64,000 bases of DNA from Okamejei kenojei. Its lineage: Eukaryota. A model generated the notes under the pieces. That model made no database searches and was not told the origin of the DNA. It was given only the letters and a program-made list of their open reading frames with translations. Within the stretch, counting starts at the first letter, position 1. Each line of letters starts with the position of its first letter. The stretch spans positions 27,528,001-27,592,000 of the forward strand of contig CM069157.1 in assembly GCA_035221665.1 (NCBI GenBank), read 5' to 3'. Below, in pieces: positions 1-12,639 of the stretch. Position numbers and translations under genes: made by a program.

Positions 1-554
1 GGAACAGGTGGAGTTGAAGCATGTTTCTGCAAGTGTGGGTTTAATAAGTGTGTGTGTGAAGTGTTTGTGTGTAATTGTACGGCCTCAGATTTTTCCTTTG
101 CTCGTTTTGGCGCTGGGGACAGAGTGGTCCATGGAATGATCTCCCTCACTTGCGGAAAGTCGGCTCGGATCCTGGCTTGCCGGGATGAACGTCCCTGTGT
201 CTGCTCCGTGTAAGGATCCTCAGCGAAATGAAAGCTGGCCTCCCTTGAGCAATTTCCCAACTGGAACCCAGCCCAGTCCAAACTGACCTGTATCTGCCAT
301 CAGTTTGGAACGGGACTCGGCAGCACTATAAGCCTCCCGTGGCTCTGAGCTCTCACAGAGCGGTGCAGACCTGCCTTCACATGACAATCACCCCATCAGT
401 ATAGCCAGATGGCTGTCAGAGATGGCAAGAGAATCTGGAGTATTTGAGGCATCACTTACTTTCCCATTTGCCCAGCTGGCTGCAAACGCAATAACATTTT
501 ATACACAAGTGAGTTCCCCTCCGGTATCTGCGAACACATCCTGACACTTGCTGA

Positions 555-930
555 AGAATGGTCCTCGATAGAGTAGATGTGGAGAGGATGTTTACACTAG
601 TGGGAGAGACCAGGACCAGAGGGCATAGCTACAGAATAAAAGGACGTACCTTTAGGAAGGAGATGGGGAGGAATTTCTTTAGCCATAGGGTGGTGAATCT
701 GTGGAATTCATTGCCACAAATGGCTGTGGAGACCTTTGATGTTTTTTGCCTTTGGATATTTTTAAGGCGGAGATTGACAGATTCTTGATTAGTACAGGTG
801 TCAAGGGTTATAGGGAGAAGACGGGAGAAAGGGGTTGAGAGGGAAAGATAGATCAGCCATAATTGAATGGTGGAATGGCATCAGACTTGATGGGCCAAAT
901 GGTCTTGTTCTGCTGCTAACACTTATGAAC
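555..930 (+). mobile_element. CR1-clade LINE, 3' fragment
   Basis: ORF 558-788 carries the CR1 ORF2 C-terminal signature TRGH..RNFFSHRVVNLWNSLP, followed by a 3' UTR that recurs elsewhere in the window. Confidence 0.85.
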
Positions 931-983
931 ATGAGATCAGAGGTTGTGTGCTGAATGGGGCAGAACACTGGGTTTAAATCTAC

Positions 984-1080
984 AAAAGGACACAGAATGC
1001 TGGAGTAACTCAGCGGGGCAGGCAGCGTCCCTGAAGAACATGGACAGACGACGTTTTTGGTCGGGACCTATCTTCAGATC
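984..1080 (-). mobile_element. Penelope-like pLTR end fragment
   Basis: Reverse complement of the GATGCTGCCTGACCCGCTGAGTTACTCCAGC terminus, with a decayed CTGAAGA..AAACGTC motif as seen after the GIY-YIG ORF at 11870-11995. Confidence 0.6.
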
Positions 1081-1324
1081 TTCTCTGGGTTTAAAAGCTT
1101 CTGTTTACTATAACAAGCCAGTATCATCTGAACTTTCCACACGTTCCATCCATGTGTCTGTGGACCACACAGCAGAAAGCAATATCTTACAGAGAAACTA
1201 CTGAGAACAACAATCTTTGTGAAGGTGTATACGCCACAAGAAGCTCCCGCCACTCCAAACAAGTCTTCCAACTCTCTTTATTCCTTTGTCTTCAGAAATA
1301 TGGGCAAAATTCTCTGGATTTTTA

Positions 1325-1887
1325 ACAGGACAGCACAGGAACAGCCTCTTTAGCCCACAATATCTGTGCCAAACATGAAGCTAGGATGAACTAATCTCTT
1401 CTGCCTTCACGAGATCCATGTCCTGCCATTCCCTGCATATCCATGTGCCGATCCGAAATCCTCTTGAACAAAGCTATCGTATCTGCCTCCACCAACACCC
1501 TTGGCAGCATGTTCCAGGCATTCACCATCTTCCCGCACATCACCATTAAACTTTGCACCTCCCACCTTAAACCTAAGTCCTTCCGTCTTTGACATTTCCA
1601 TCCTGGGGAGGATAAAAGTTCTGATTCTCTACCCTAACTACATCACTGGTAATTTTATGTTCTTCTATCGGGTCTCCGCTCAACCTCCGACATTCCAGAG
1701 AAAGCAATGCACATCTGTCTAACCTCTCCCTGTAGCTGAAACCCCTCAAATCCAGGTAGCATTCTGGTAACCCTCCTCTGCAATCTCTATATCCGTCATG
1801 TAATGGGGCAACCAGAACTGCACACAATCCTCCAAAAGCAGCCTAACCAAAGTGTTCTAGAGCTGCTACATGGTACCTCTACTCTTA
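1325..1887 (-). mobile_element. CR1 LINE fragment interrupted by Tc1 (resumes 3501-3553)
   Basis: Minus strand resembles the CR1 ORF2 end (CVQFW, W..LP-type remnants). Sequence after the Tc1 matches the CR1 copy near 51770-51830. Confidence 0.7.
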
Positions 1888-3500
1888 CAGTGCATTCTGA
1901 AAGTATTCAAATCCCTTCACTTTTTTCACATTTTGTTACTTTACAGCCTTATTCTAAAATGGATTAAAAAAAAATGTTTTATCATCAATCTACACACAGT
2001 ACCCCATAGTAAAAAAGCGAAAACAGGTATTTAGAAATTTTTAAAAAATAATTAAAAAGAAATAACGGAAATATCACATTTACATATGTATTCAGACCCT
2101 TTACTCAGTACTTTGTTGAGGCACCTTTGGCAGCGATTACAGCCTCAAGTTTTCTTGGGTATGGCACACCTGTATTTGGGAAATTGCTCCCATTCTTCTC
2201 TGCAGATCCTCTCAAGCTCTGTCAGGTTGGGTGGGGAGCGTCGATGCACAGCTATTTTCAGGTCCCTCCAGAGATGTTCGATCGGGTTCAAGTCCGGGCT
2301 CTGGCTGGGCCACTCAAGCACATTCACAGACTTATTATGAAGCCACTCCTGTGTTGTCTTGGCTGTGTGCTTAGGGTCGTTGTCCTGTCTGAAGGTGAAC
2401 CTCCGCCCCAGTCTGAGGTCTAAAACGCTCTGGAGCAGGTTTACATCGAGGATCTCTCTGTACTTTGCTCCTTTCATCTTTCCCCCGATCCTGACTAGTC
2501 TCCCAGTTCCTGCCGCTGAAAAACATCCCCACAGCATGATGCTGCCACCACCATGCTTCACCGTAGGTATGGTATTGATCAGGTGATCAGCAGTGCCTGC
2601 TTTCCTCCATACATGATGCTTGGCATTCAGGCCAAGAGTTCAATCTTGGTTTCATCAGACCAGAGAATCTTATTTCTTATGGTCTCATAGCCCTTTAGGT
2701 GCCATTTGGCAAACTCCAAGCGGGCTGTCATGTGCCTTTTACTGAGGAGTGGGTTCTGTCTGGCCACCCTACCATAAATGCCTGATTGGTGGAGTGATGC
2801 AGATATAGTTGTCCTCCTGGAAGATTTTCCCACCTCCACAGAGGAACTCTGGAGCTTTGTCAGAGTGACCATCGGGTTCTTGGTCACCTCCCTGACCAAG
2901 GATTTTCTCCCCTGATTGCTCAGTTTGGCCGGGCTGCCAGCTCTATGAAGAGTCCTGGTGGTTTTAAAGTTCTTCCATTTAGGAATGACGGAGGCCACTG
3001 TGCTCTTCGGGACCTGTAATGCTGCAGAAATTGTTTTATACCCTTCCCCAGATCTGTGCCTCGACCCAATCCTGTCTCGGAGGGCTACGGACAATTCCTT
3101 CGTCTTCATGGCATGGTTTTTGCTCTGTCATGCACTGTCAACGGCGGGACCTTGTATAGACAGGTGTGTGCCTTTCCAAATCATGCCCAATCAATTTAAT
3201 TTACCACTGGTGGGCTCCAATCAAGTTGTAGAAACATCTCAAGGATAATCAATGGAAACAAGATGAACCTAAGCTCAATTTTGAGTGTCATAGCAAAGGG
3301 TCTGAATACTTATGTAAATGTGATATTTCATTTATTTATTTTTAATTATTTTGCAAAATTTTCTAAACACCTGTTTTTGCTTCTTCACTCTGGGGTATTG
3401 TGTGTAGATTGATGAGAAAAAAAAATGAATGTAATCAATTTTAAAATAAGGCTGTAACGTAACAAAATGTGGAAAAAGTGAATGCTTGCAGAATGCACTG
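1888..3500 (-). mobile_element. Tc1/mariner (IR/DR type) DNA transposon, full length
   Basis: TA|CAGTGCATTC...GAATGCACTG|TA termini; ~210-bp TIRs with inner direct repeats (gtattcagaccctt ~2088 / aagggtctgaatac ~3296); internal transposase. Confidence 0.95.
2105..3109 (-). pseudogene. Tc1 transposase, frameshifted
   Basis: ORFs 3109-2627 (paired-like HTH, WSDETK) and 2561-2145 ([35 protein letters not shown] = DD34E), in different frames. Confidence 0.92.
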
Positions 3501-4092
3501 TATATTCAATGCCCCTAGCAATGAAGGCATGTCTTCTTTACCACCCTATCTACGTGCCCTTTAGTGTCCTATAACTTGTAAAAGGCCAAAAAATCGCGCT
3601 CAGAGGGTGATCAGAAGGAGTTGTGTCAGAGGGAAAGCTGTCCGTGGAAAGCAGTTCGCAACACCCTGCTAAGATGGGGACTGAGGAGAGCTGTTAGGGT
3701 TAATTACGGAGATTGATTTAGTCTGCAGCTTACCACAGCATAATACCTGAGTAGAACTTGCTGATGCAGAAGCTCTGTACTAACATTACATGTTTCCATT
3801 CCTCAGCTCTGCAACCTTTCACCTTCAGAAGCACAACATTTACAGGAAAAAAAAACCCGCAGCACGGACACAGCGTTTAGGAGGAGGGAGGGCATTTCTT
3901 CAGCTGGGCCCACAACAGCTGGGCACCTCAGCATTTGTTGGCAGAAAAAGTACTAATGTTGCGGTTTTGCCAGCAGCAATCTGCCATTTCAACTTACAAC
4001 AAAATGTTCCAATATTAATATACACAGGAAGCATCGGAAAAATTCAGCAGAACAAGGAATGGGGAAAGAAACAGGGCTAACAAATCAGGCCA

Positions 4093-4355
4093 ATAGACAA
4101 TAGGTGCAGGAGTAGGCCACTCGGCCCTTCGAGCCAGCACCGCCACTCAATGTGATCACAGCTGATCATCCCCAATCAGTACCCCGTTCCTGCCTTCTCC
4201 CCATATCCCCAGACTCCGCTATCTTTAAGAGCCCTATCTAGCTCTCTCTTGAAAGTATGAAGAGAACCGGCCTCCACCGCCCTCTGAGGCAGAGAATTCC
4301 GCAGACTCACAACTCTCTGTGAGAAAAAGTGTTTCCTCGTCTCCGTTCTAAATGG
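4093..4355 (-). mobile_element. CR1 LINE 3' end
   Basis: FRTETRKHFFSQRVVSLRNSLPQRAVEAGSL..FKRELD in ORF 4176-4535. Confidence 0.85.
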
Positions 4356-4484
4356 CCAGTGGGTTTCACTGGGATGGGGAGAGGTGTAAATGGATTTTCG
4401 GATGAACAGAAGGGGGCAGGAGGAGGAAAGGATGAAAAGCAAAATCATGGCGTGTGATGGAGAACAGGAGACACTGGATTGATT

Positions 4485-4790
4485 GAATGAAAGATACCGC
4501 ATGGAAACAAGCCCTTCGTCCCACTGAGTCCACACGGACCAACGATCACCTGGTCACACTAGTCCGATGCTGCCCCACTTTCTCATCCACACCCTCTGGC
4601 AACTTACAGAGGGCCGATTAACCTACAAACACACACGTCTTTGGGATGTGGCAGCAAACCGGAGAACCCAGAGGAACCCCACGCGGTCACAAGGAGAATG
4701 TACAAACTCCACACAGGCAGCACGCGAGGTCAGGATCAAAACCAGGTTTCTGGAGCTGTGAGGCAGCAGCTCCACCAGCTGTGCCCCAAT
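4485..4790 (-). mobile_element. HE1/V-SINE-like tRNA-derived SINE
   Basis: tRNA-like head (box A/B), GGGTGCTCCGGTTTCCTCCCAC-type core and CR1-like GGGCCGAAGGGCCTGTTTCC tail, shared with >15 copies in the window. Confidence 0.8.
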
Positions 4791-5574
4791 GCAGAACGAT
4801 GCCAATCTCCATTGGCCCCTCCAGTGAGAAGGAAACACTATCTCAAACTGCGATGGTAAACGGGAGCAATAATTATGGTCGGTCCTTTGATTCATAGAAT
4901 GGGCCAGAAGGGAGATATTCTGCCCATCCACTTTATGTTAGCTCCATGAGAGGACCATCCCATCGTTTCTTTCCATGCAGCCTGCAACCTTGACAAGTGA
5001 AAACTTATCTAATCTCCTTCCTGTTCCCTTTTGAAGATTTCTACCCAGTGTTCTGCCCCATTCAGCACACAACCTTTGATCTCATATGTTCATAAGATCT
5101 CCGAGCAGAATTAGGCCATTCGGCCCATAAAGTCCCACTCCGCCATTCAATCATGGCCGACCTATCTTTCCCTCTCAACTCCATTCTCCTGCCTTCTCCC
5201 CATAACCCCTGACACCAGTACTAATCATAGCCATACGGGTACAACTCAGTGGTATTGTTAACACAGCACAAGAGTGTACAAGCAAAGTCTTCCCAAACCA
5301 TCCCAACAGCCTCTGCCAATGACCCGGTTACATTGCTGCTCTCAGCTGGTTGACTTTGAGAAATAGTGTGGAGCACGGGATCTGGGATCCTTATTTTGGT
5401 TCCTTCCGTCACTTCCTGTGTGAGGTTTGGAGAAGGGAGTGTGGATGTGCTGACGTAAGTCCCATCTCCCTGGGGCCACTGGCGGTTTAATGGATTTGAT
5501 GAATTTGCAGTATACATGCGTGCTTTACTTAACTCTTCATCTTTAGTCAAGTTATAATGCATCTTCCCAGCCTT

Positions 5575-6015
5575 TTGCAGCTTTATAGCACTTTGGTTAG
5601 GCCACACGTGGAGTACTGTGTGCAGTTTTGGTCGCCCCAGTACGGCTTGGGACAGGGTGCAGAGGAGGCTCACCAGATTGGATTAGAGAGCATTAGTTAC
5701 AAGCTGGAGGTTGGAGAAACTTGGATTGTTTTTTCTGGAGTGTCGGGGGTTGGGGGGAAAGTTTCAAGGAGAAGGCACAGTGCAGGCAACCAGTCCCATT
5801 TCATACACAGAGGATGGTGGGTGCCTGGAACGTGCTGCCTGGGGTGGTGGTGGAGGCAGATGCAATTGTGGCATTGAAGAGGCTTTTGAATAGGCAGGGA
5901 ATGGAGGGATGTGGATCACATACAGAGGAGATTAGTTTAGCTTGGTATCACGTTTGTCACGGACATTGTGAGCCAAAGGACCTGTTCCTATGTTGTACTG
6001 TTCTATGTTCCATGT
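5575..6015 (+). mobile_element. CR1 LINE fragment, internally deleted
   Basis: LYSTLVRPHVEYCVQFWSP and TQRMVGAWNVLP motifs. Confidence 0.8.
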
Positions 6016-6034
6016 TGAAACATTTTTGTTCAAT

Positions 6035-6280
6035 AGCAGTGGGCAGTGGACAAGGGCAATGGGCAGTGGACTGGGGCAGTGGGAGGTGGACAGGGGCAAT
6101 GGAAGGTGGGCAGAGGGCAATGGGTGGACAGACGGGCAATAGGAGGTGGGCAAAGGGGCAGTGGGCCAATGGGCAATGGAATATGGGCAACGGGCATTGG
6201 GCAATGAGGCATCGTGCAGTGGGCTGAGGGTCAATGTGCAGTGGACAAAGGGGAAATGGAAGGTGGACAGAGGGTAAAGG
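6035..6280 (+). repeat. G-rich low-complexity repeat (GGGCARTG-like)
   Basis: Repeated gggcagtg/gggcaatg/gtggac units. Confidence 0.8.
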
Positions 6281-6537
6281 CACATTCAGCCACTCAGCCA
6301 TGCCCACTACCCTCTACAGGGCATCTTCCTTTTGCTCTAGATGTGACCCTGCTGTTCTATTCTCTCACTTTCCGTATTCTGCTTGGTTCTCTGCAGTGGA
6401 ATGAAGTGCAATGCCCTCTCTCTGTCTCCCAGAGGGCCGCAGACATGGACGGCCTTCCTGCTACACTGTGGCCGCTAATATGAGTGGCACCTTTCCCCGA
6501 GCACACTCGGCCAGTGTGTGACGTGCCGGGAAGTCTC

Positions 6538-6740
6538 AAGGGCTGTCCCACTTGGGCCTCATTTGCGCATCATTTACCCAACATCATTTACGCGTCACGA
6601 CACGCACATGGCGTGCATTACGCGCGCATGCCGTGTGGTGGCCTAGGCAGTGATGCGCAGTCGCGCGCAGCGCCCAGGATTTGGGGATTCATAAAATCTT
6701 CGCGCTCCACCTGCGTGACGCGCAAATGGGACAGGCCCTT
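6538..6740. mobile_element. MITE with AAGGGCCTGTCCCACTT TIRs (copy 1)
   Basis: aagggctgtcccactt ... aaatgggacaggccctt; CpG-rich CGCG-repetitive interior. Confidence 0.85.
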
Positions 6741-6989
6741 CACTGACTCCAGGTGAAGCTCCCACTCTGATCCACACTCTCAGCAAGCCGGTTACTGAAT
6801 GTAAAAGTATAAAGTGCTCATCTGTAACAACTCAACCTCGAAACATGTCAGAAGCATAGAATTGAAAGATTTTAAACTCCAATCGGAGTAACTGCAGTTA
6901 AAAACCTGCTTGAAGTTTCTCGCTCTGGTTAACATTGTCACTGCGTTCCTGCACCTTGTTTGCATGCTCCCCCATGTTCTGGTTTGAAG

Positions 6990-7630
6990 CACACACATGC
7001 ACACTCTCTGACCCACATACAGCGGCACACACACACTCGCACGCTCACACCCAAACACATGCATGCGCACACACACATGCACACACACACGCGCGCGCAC
7101 ACGCACACTTACTCACACANNNNNNNNNNNNNNNNNNNNNNNNNNNNNNNNNNNNNNNNNNNNNNNNNNNNNNNNNNNNNNNNNNNNNNNNNNNNNNNNN
7201 NNNNNNNNNNNNNNNNNNNNNNNNNNNNNNNNNNNNNNNNNNNNNNNNNNNNNNNNNNNNNNNNNNNNNNNNNNNNNNNNNNNNNNNNNNNNNNNNNNNN
7301 NNNNNNNNNNNNNNNNNNNNNNNNNNNNNNNNNNNNNNNNNNNNNNNNNNNNNNNNNNNNNNNNNNNNNNNNNNNCACTCACACACACACACTGTCTCAC
7401 ATACACATACNNNNNNNNNNNNNNNNNNNNNNNNNNNNNNNNNNNNNNNNNNNNNNNNNNNNNNNNNNNNNNNNNNNNNNNNNNNNNNNNNNNNNNNNNN
7501 NNNNNNNNNNNNNNNNNNNNNNNNNNNNNNNNNNNNNNNNNNNNNNNNNNNNNNNNNNNNNNNNNNNNNNNNNNGCGCACACACAGGCGGATCCATGCAC
7601 AGAGCTGCATGTACGCATGGATACACAGAC
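6990..7630. repeat. (CA)n/(CG)n microsatellite containing two N runs (7120-7375, 7411-7574)
   Basis: Directly visible; the long ORFs predicted here are artefacts of the Ns. Confidence 0.95.
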
Positions 7631-8190
7631 ACATGCTGGAATCTTGAGTAAAACACAAAGTACTGGAGGAACCCAACGGGTCAGGCAGCATCTGTGGAGT
7701 GGATCGGTGACATTTTGGGTTAAGGCTTCTTCAGACTGATTATGGCAGAGGGAAGAAAGCCAGGAAAGAGAGGTGGGGGCAGGACAAAACCCAACAAGTG
7801 ACAGGTGGATACAGGTGAGGGGGTTTGTTTGGCAGAGGGGTGTATAAAGGGCAGAGATAAAATGGAGACTAAAAAGGGCTCAGATGAGAGAAGAGGAATG
7901 AAATGTAAAGCGAGAAGTTGGAAAGGAATGGAGGAATAGCAGGATAGTGGGAGAAATGGGTGCACACCAGGATGTGGGAGGGGGGGGAGCACAGGACAGG
8001 GGGGGGGTAGAGGAAAGGGGGGGTTGTAATACAGAATTGGAGAAGTCAATGTACATACCATTGGGTTGTAAGCTATCCAAGTGGAATATAAGATGCTGTT
8101 CCTCCAATTTGTGTGCGGCCTCACTCTGGCCATGGTGGAGGCCCAGGAAAGAAGGATCGGTGTGGGAATGGGAAGGGAAGTTAGAATGGT
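7630..8190 (-). mobile_element. Penelope-like element 3' end/pLTR
   Basis: EEQHLIFHLDSLQPNGMYIDFS (GIY-YIG C-terminus), then pyrimidine-rich UTR and terminal motif. Confidence 0.85.
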
Positions 8191-8719
8191 TAGCATTGAG
8201 TTAAGGTCACTGCTCACAAGGGCCACCTGTTAATACCTGCTCCCCATCCTCCTTACACTTCCAGCTTGACTATCACAGGGCTTCAGCAAGCATCAGTGGA
8301 CTATAGTAGTGAGTGATGCTAAATCGCTGCACTTTATATCAAAGGCTTAATAAGAAAGATGCTGACACCAGAAAGGCCAGGTGCAAAACATCTCAGCGCA
8401 ATCTATTGCAAACTGATTCATTATTTCATCCACTATAAACCCAAGCGAGCCAGCATTGCTACATTTCATTTCTCAAGGTCAGATATGATTGCACAGATAA
8501 TCACATTGGCAAGCCATTGAGCGGGGCTGTAATGCCCCTATCCTTCAGGAGGTCAGACCAGAGGTACGGCACTTGGTTGAAGCTCAGGGCTGCAGTCTAA
8601 ATATTTGGGAACTCAATGTTTGAGGACAGAAATAACTCAAGAAATATTAATGTCAGTAACAAGCCAACATTTAACACGGATTGTGCATTCTTTGTTCTTC
8701 CAAGCGAGTCAAGAGTATT

Positions 8720-8980
8720 TTAGACTTTAAACTTTGGACATAGAGTGTGGAAACAGGCCCTTCGGCCCACTGAGTCCGCTCCAAACAGCCCGCATGTTAA
8801 CCAGCACACACTGGGGACAATTTTACAACTTACTGACGCCAATTATCCTACAAATCTGTACGTCTTTGGAATGTGGGAGGAAACCGGAGCAGCCAGAGAA
8901 AACCCACGTGGTCACCGGGAGAACGTACAAACACCGTACAGTCAGCACCCGTAGTCAGGATCAAACCCAAGCCTCTGGGA
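8720..8980 (-). mobile_element. HE1-like SINE, 5'-truncated
   Basis: Core and tail match the other copies. Confidence 0.8.
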
Positions 8981-8984
8981 CGAT

Positions 8985-9478
8985 CTTGACTCCCATAGCC
9001 GGCGGCGTTCGGGCCCTCCGCGTCGAGGCGTTCAGCTCCTACATCGGGGGGATGTCAGCTCCCCCGCGCCGGGCAATCGAACCTCGCGTCGGAGCTGGTC
9101 GAACCTTCTGCGGCATTGGAGCTCCCGACTAGCCTCTCCCAAGACTGCGAGCCCTTGATGGTAAGTGCGCAGGCTGCGGCGGGAGCGATCCCAGGCAAGG
9201 GATCCGCTCCGATGTTAAGTCCGCGCCCCGTGGTGGGGCTCACGACAGTCCGAGGAGGCTCCCAGCTTTAGTGATAGTAGGCCGCAGAGCCCAAAGAATG
9301 TGATCCGAAAATTGATCACATCTCCAGGAAGGTAGGAACTTGAAAAAAAGGTTCCTCCGATCCTCTCCCCCCACATAAAACAAACCGAAGAACATTCAAA
9401 CAAACTTTTAACAAACGCTGAAAATAACTAAAATATGAAAAAAACAAACAGGCTGCCGGCAGGGCTGCCATCTCCCCG
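8985..9478 (-). mobile_element. GC-rich non-coding repeat, 5' part of the family at 33760-35435
   Basis: Colinear and highly similar to 34905-35415; the minus-strand 5' end begins GATGGCAGCC. Confidence 0.75.
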
Positions 9479-9499
9479 GTGGTCTTTTCAATATATAAA

Positions 9500-9765
9500 A
9501 TCACACAAACAGCTTAGTCCAAAGACCAAAAACAATGCCCCAAGTCCCTCGTGCACTCACGGCAGTTTGTAGTTCAGAGTTTAGTTGGAGTTTATACTGT
9601 TCAAAAGCCTGATGGTTGTTGGGAAGAATTTGTCCCTGTAGCTGACGTTATAGTTTTTAGACTCCAGTACCTTCTTTCCAATGGTAGGAGTGAAATGAGA
9701 GTGTGGCCAGGGAGGTGTGAGTGCTTTGATGATGCGGGCTGCCTCCAGCACATCCCTTTGATGGT
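9500..9765 (-). mobile_element. Rex1/Babar-like LINE 3' end
   Basis: AARIIK...FFPTTIRLLN C-terminal motif in ORF 9581-9859. Confidence 0.7.
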
Positions 9766-9854
9766 GGGGAGGTAATTTCAATTCCAGAGTAAACACAAAT
9801 GGAGGTTGCTCAATTGTTGTCACTGACACAAAACAGGTTAGCGATTCAGAAAAA

Positions 9855-10295
9855 AACACAAAGTGCAGGAAGAACTCAGTGGGTCAGGCAGCACCTGACA
9901 GTGGTGGGAATAGGGAGGTGGCGTTTCAGGTTGGGACCCTTCTCCAGCCCGTCGTAGTAGGAGATGAGAAAGCTGGTAAAGATGTGATGGGGTGGGATAA
10001 AACCTGGCATGTGATGGGTGGATACGGGAGAAGGGGGGTGGTTAGCAGATGGATGGACATGGGCTAGAGATGAAAAGAAGACAAAGGGTGTCAGATACGG
10101 GGGGAAGAGGAGTGAAATGTACAGCCAGTGGAAGTGATATTAGTGCAAGGGAACAGGGTGGAAAAAGCAGAAAGGGGGTTGGGATATTGGGAGGAAAGGG
10201 TTCATACTGGATGGGGCGCAGGAAAGAGAATTGGCGAAAATATATGGTGCGGGAGGGATGCTACCTAAAATTGTACAATTCAATGTTCATACCGT
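9855..10295 (-). mobile_element. Inverted Penelope pLTR abutting a + strand Penelope
   Basis: Reverse complement of the G-M-N-I-E/UTR/terminal motif; an inverted 5' pLTR is a typical Penelope insertion structure. Confidence 0.7.
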
Positions 10296-10319
10296 TCGGA
10301 CACCCGAGCGGAATATTAT

Positions 10320-11995
10320 CTACTACATCTACTCCAAACCCACTGACTCCCATGGCTATCTGGATCAACATCTACTCCAAACCCACTGACTCCCATGGCT
10401 ATCTGGATCAACATCTACTACAAACTCACTGACTCCGATGGCTATCTGTACCAACATATTACAAACTGACTCTGGCTTCCTACCTTCTGCTTCCTGTAAG
10501 GACTCTATCCCCTACTCCCAATTCCTCCGTCTATTGATTTTTGGGCACCCGGTGCAGAGGGGGGGAGGGTCGGGAGGGAGGAGGGGGTCTCCCTGTCGGT
10601 CTGCTCCTAGGGCCTGGCCAAGATGGCCATTCGCGGGTCCAGGCAGCGGGCAGTCGACGGCCGCACAGCAGTCGGCTGCCTGCCCCTCTTCCGGGGTTAC
10701 GTCCGTGCCCGCGTGTCCCTAGAGAGGGAACACGCAGTGTCCACGGGGACTGTGGAGGCTTTCCATGACGATGGTCGCCGCAGGAGGTCGAATATATTAT
10801 TGACAAAGATGATAATATTTTAATTTGAGAACTTTCTTTGTAAATGCCAATATAGGCATTCTCTGATCGTGTTACTGTTTTGTATTTGTTGGTTTGAATA
10901 AAAGCATTTGTAAAAAAAAAAAAAATAAAAATAAAAAAACAAAAACAAAAAAAAAAAAAAAAAATTCTCCGTCTACGCAGCATCTGCACCCAGGATACGG
11001 TGTTCCAAACCAGGGCATCGGAGATGTCCTCATTCTTTAGGGAACGGGGGTTTCCCTCTTTGACTATAGATGAGGCTCTCACCAGGGTCTCTTCTATATC
11101 CCGTAGCTCCGCTCTCCTTCCCCATCCCCCCACTCGTAACAAGGACAGAGTCCCCCTTGTCTTCACCTTCCACCCCACCAGCCGTCACATACAACAGATA
11201 ATCTTCCGACATTTTCGCCACCTCCAATGGAATCCCACCACTGGCCACCTCTTCCCATCTCCTCTCCTTTCGGCTTTCCACAGAGACCGCTCCCTCCGTA
11301 ACTCCCTGGTCAATTCATCCTTCCCACCCAAACCACCCCCTCCCCTGGTACTTTCCCTTGCAACCGCAGGAAATGCTACACTTGTCGCTTTACCTCCCCC
11401 CTTGACTCCATCCAAGGACCCAGGCAGTCTTTCCAGGTGCGGCAGAGGTTCACCTGCACCTCCTCCAACCTCACCTATTGCATCTGCTGCTCTAGGTGTC
11501 AGCTGCTCTACGTCGGTAAGACCAGGCGCAGGCTTGGCGATCGCTTCGCCCAACACCTCCGCTCGGTTCACACTAACCAACCTGATCTCCCTGTGGCCCA
11601 GTAATTCAACTCCCCCTCCCATTCCGAATCCGACCTTTCTGTCCTGGGCCTCCTCCATGGCCAGAGCGAGTCCCACCGGAAATTGGAGGAGCAGCACCTC
11701 ATATTTTGCTTGGGTAGTTTACACCCCAGCGGTATGAATATTGGCCTCCAATTTCAGATAGTCCTTGCTTTCTCCCTCCTTCCCCTCCCTTTCCCATCTC
11801 TCCCACAGCCTATTGTCTCCGCCTCTTCCTTTCTTCTTCCCGCCCCCCCCCCCCCCCACCTCCACATCAGTCTGAAGAAAGGTCTCGACTCGATACGTCA
11901 CCTATTCCTTCACTCCATAGATGCTGCCTCACCCGCTGAGTTTCTCCAGCATTTTTGTCCACCTTCAATTTTTCCAGCATCTGTAGTTCTTTCTT
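10320..11995 (+). mobile_element. Penelope-like retroelement, 5'-truncated (RT thumb + GIY-YIG endonuclease, frameshifted)
   Basis: IYSKPTDSHGYL, SIPYSQFLRL, RVPLVFTFHP, CNRRKCYTC, YCICCSRCQLLYVGKT..RF.QH, EEQHLIFCLGSLHPSGMNI, then pLTR with CTGAAGA motif. Confidence 0.9.
10534..10962 (+). mobile_element. 5'-truncated L1/Tx1-clade LINE with poly(A), inserted in Penelope
   Basis: Coding remnant LLLGLAKMAIRGSRQRAV..CLPLFRGYVRARVSLEREHA; AATAAA near 10897; A-tail; TSD aatt(c)ctccgtcta at 10520-10533 / 10963-10975. Confidence 0.85.
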
Positions 11996-11996
11996 A

Positions 11997-12185
11997 AGCC
12001 AGCGGAATATAAGATGCTGTCCTCTCAGTTTGCTTGTGGCCTCACTCTGATGGAGGAGGCCCAGGACAGAAAGGTCAATATGGGAATGGGAAGGGTGTTT
12101 GAAATGGTTAGCAACCGGGAGATCCAGCAGGCCTTGGTGAACCAAGCGCGAGTGTCCAGTGAAACGGGGTTCCCTAGTCTACGCT
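11997..12185 (-). mobile_element. Inverted Penelope GIY-YIG fragment
   Basis: DLPVANHFKHPSHSHIDLSVLGLL..QHLIF on the minus strand. Confidence 0.75.
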
Positions 12186-12639
12186 TCTAATTCGGACCCG
12201 CTTTTCTCCGCAGGTGCATTTGGGACCAGTCTCAGGCAGGCTGGAGAAGTTCACATGAGGCTTCTATGGGGAGGAAAGTTGATCCACGGTGAGAATAGGC
12301 AGAGGAAGCCACGTGTTTGCCCCATGCATGAACTTTGCGCCGGCTCATCTTGCTGGCATTTCTACATCTCAGCAGATTCAATCGTGCTGCTTTTTTAGCG
12401 TGAGCCTACAATAGTTGTGAGCAATTGCAGGAACCCTGCGCGGCAGCTGAAAGCAACCGGGTGGAGGTAGTCGTGCTTGAGACATTCAAGGGAGGTGTTC
12501 AGAGCCGGAGGTTGAACCAACCATTCCCCCAAGGCAAGGACTAATACCCGGAGATGATGTGGATGTTTGGAGCAAATAGAATCTTCTGTGGGTGAACAGC
12601 ACTGGGGGAAGATTAGAATCATAGCATAGAAGTATATAC

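Noticed and set aside
6935-7739. Long ORFs across 7.1-7.6 kb
   Set aside because: Artefacts of N runs and CA repeats.
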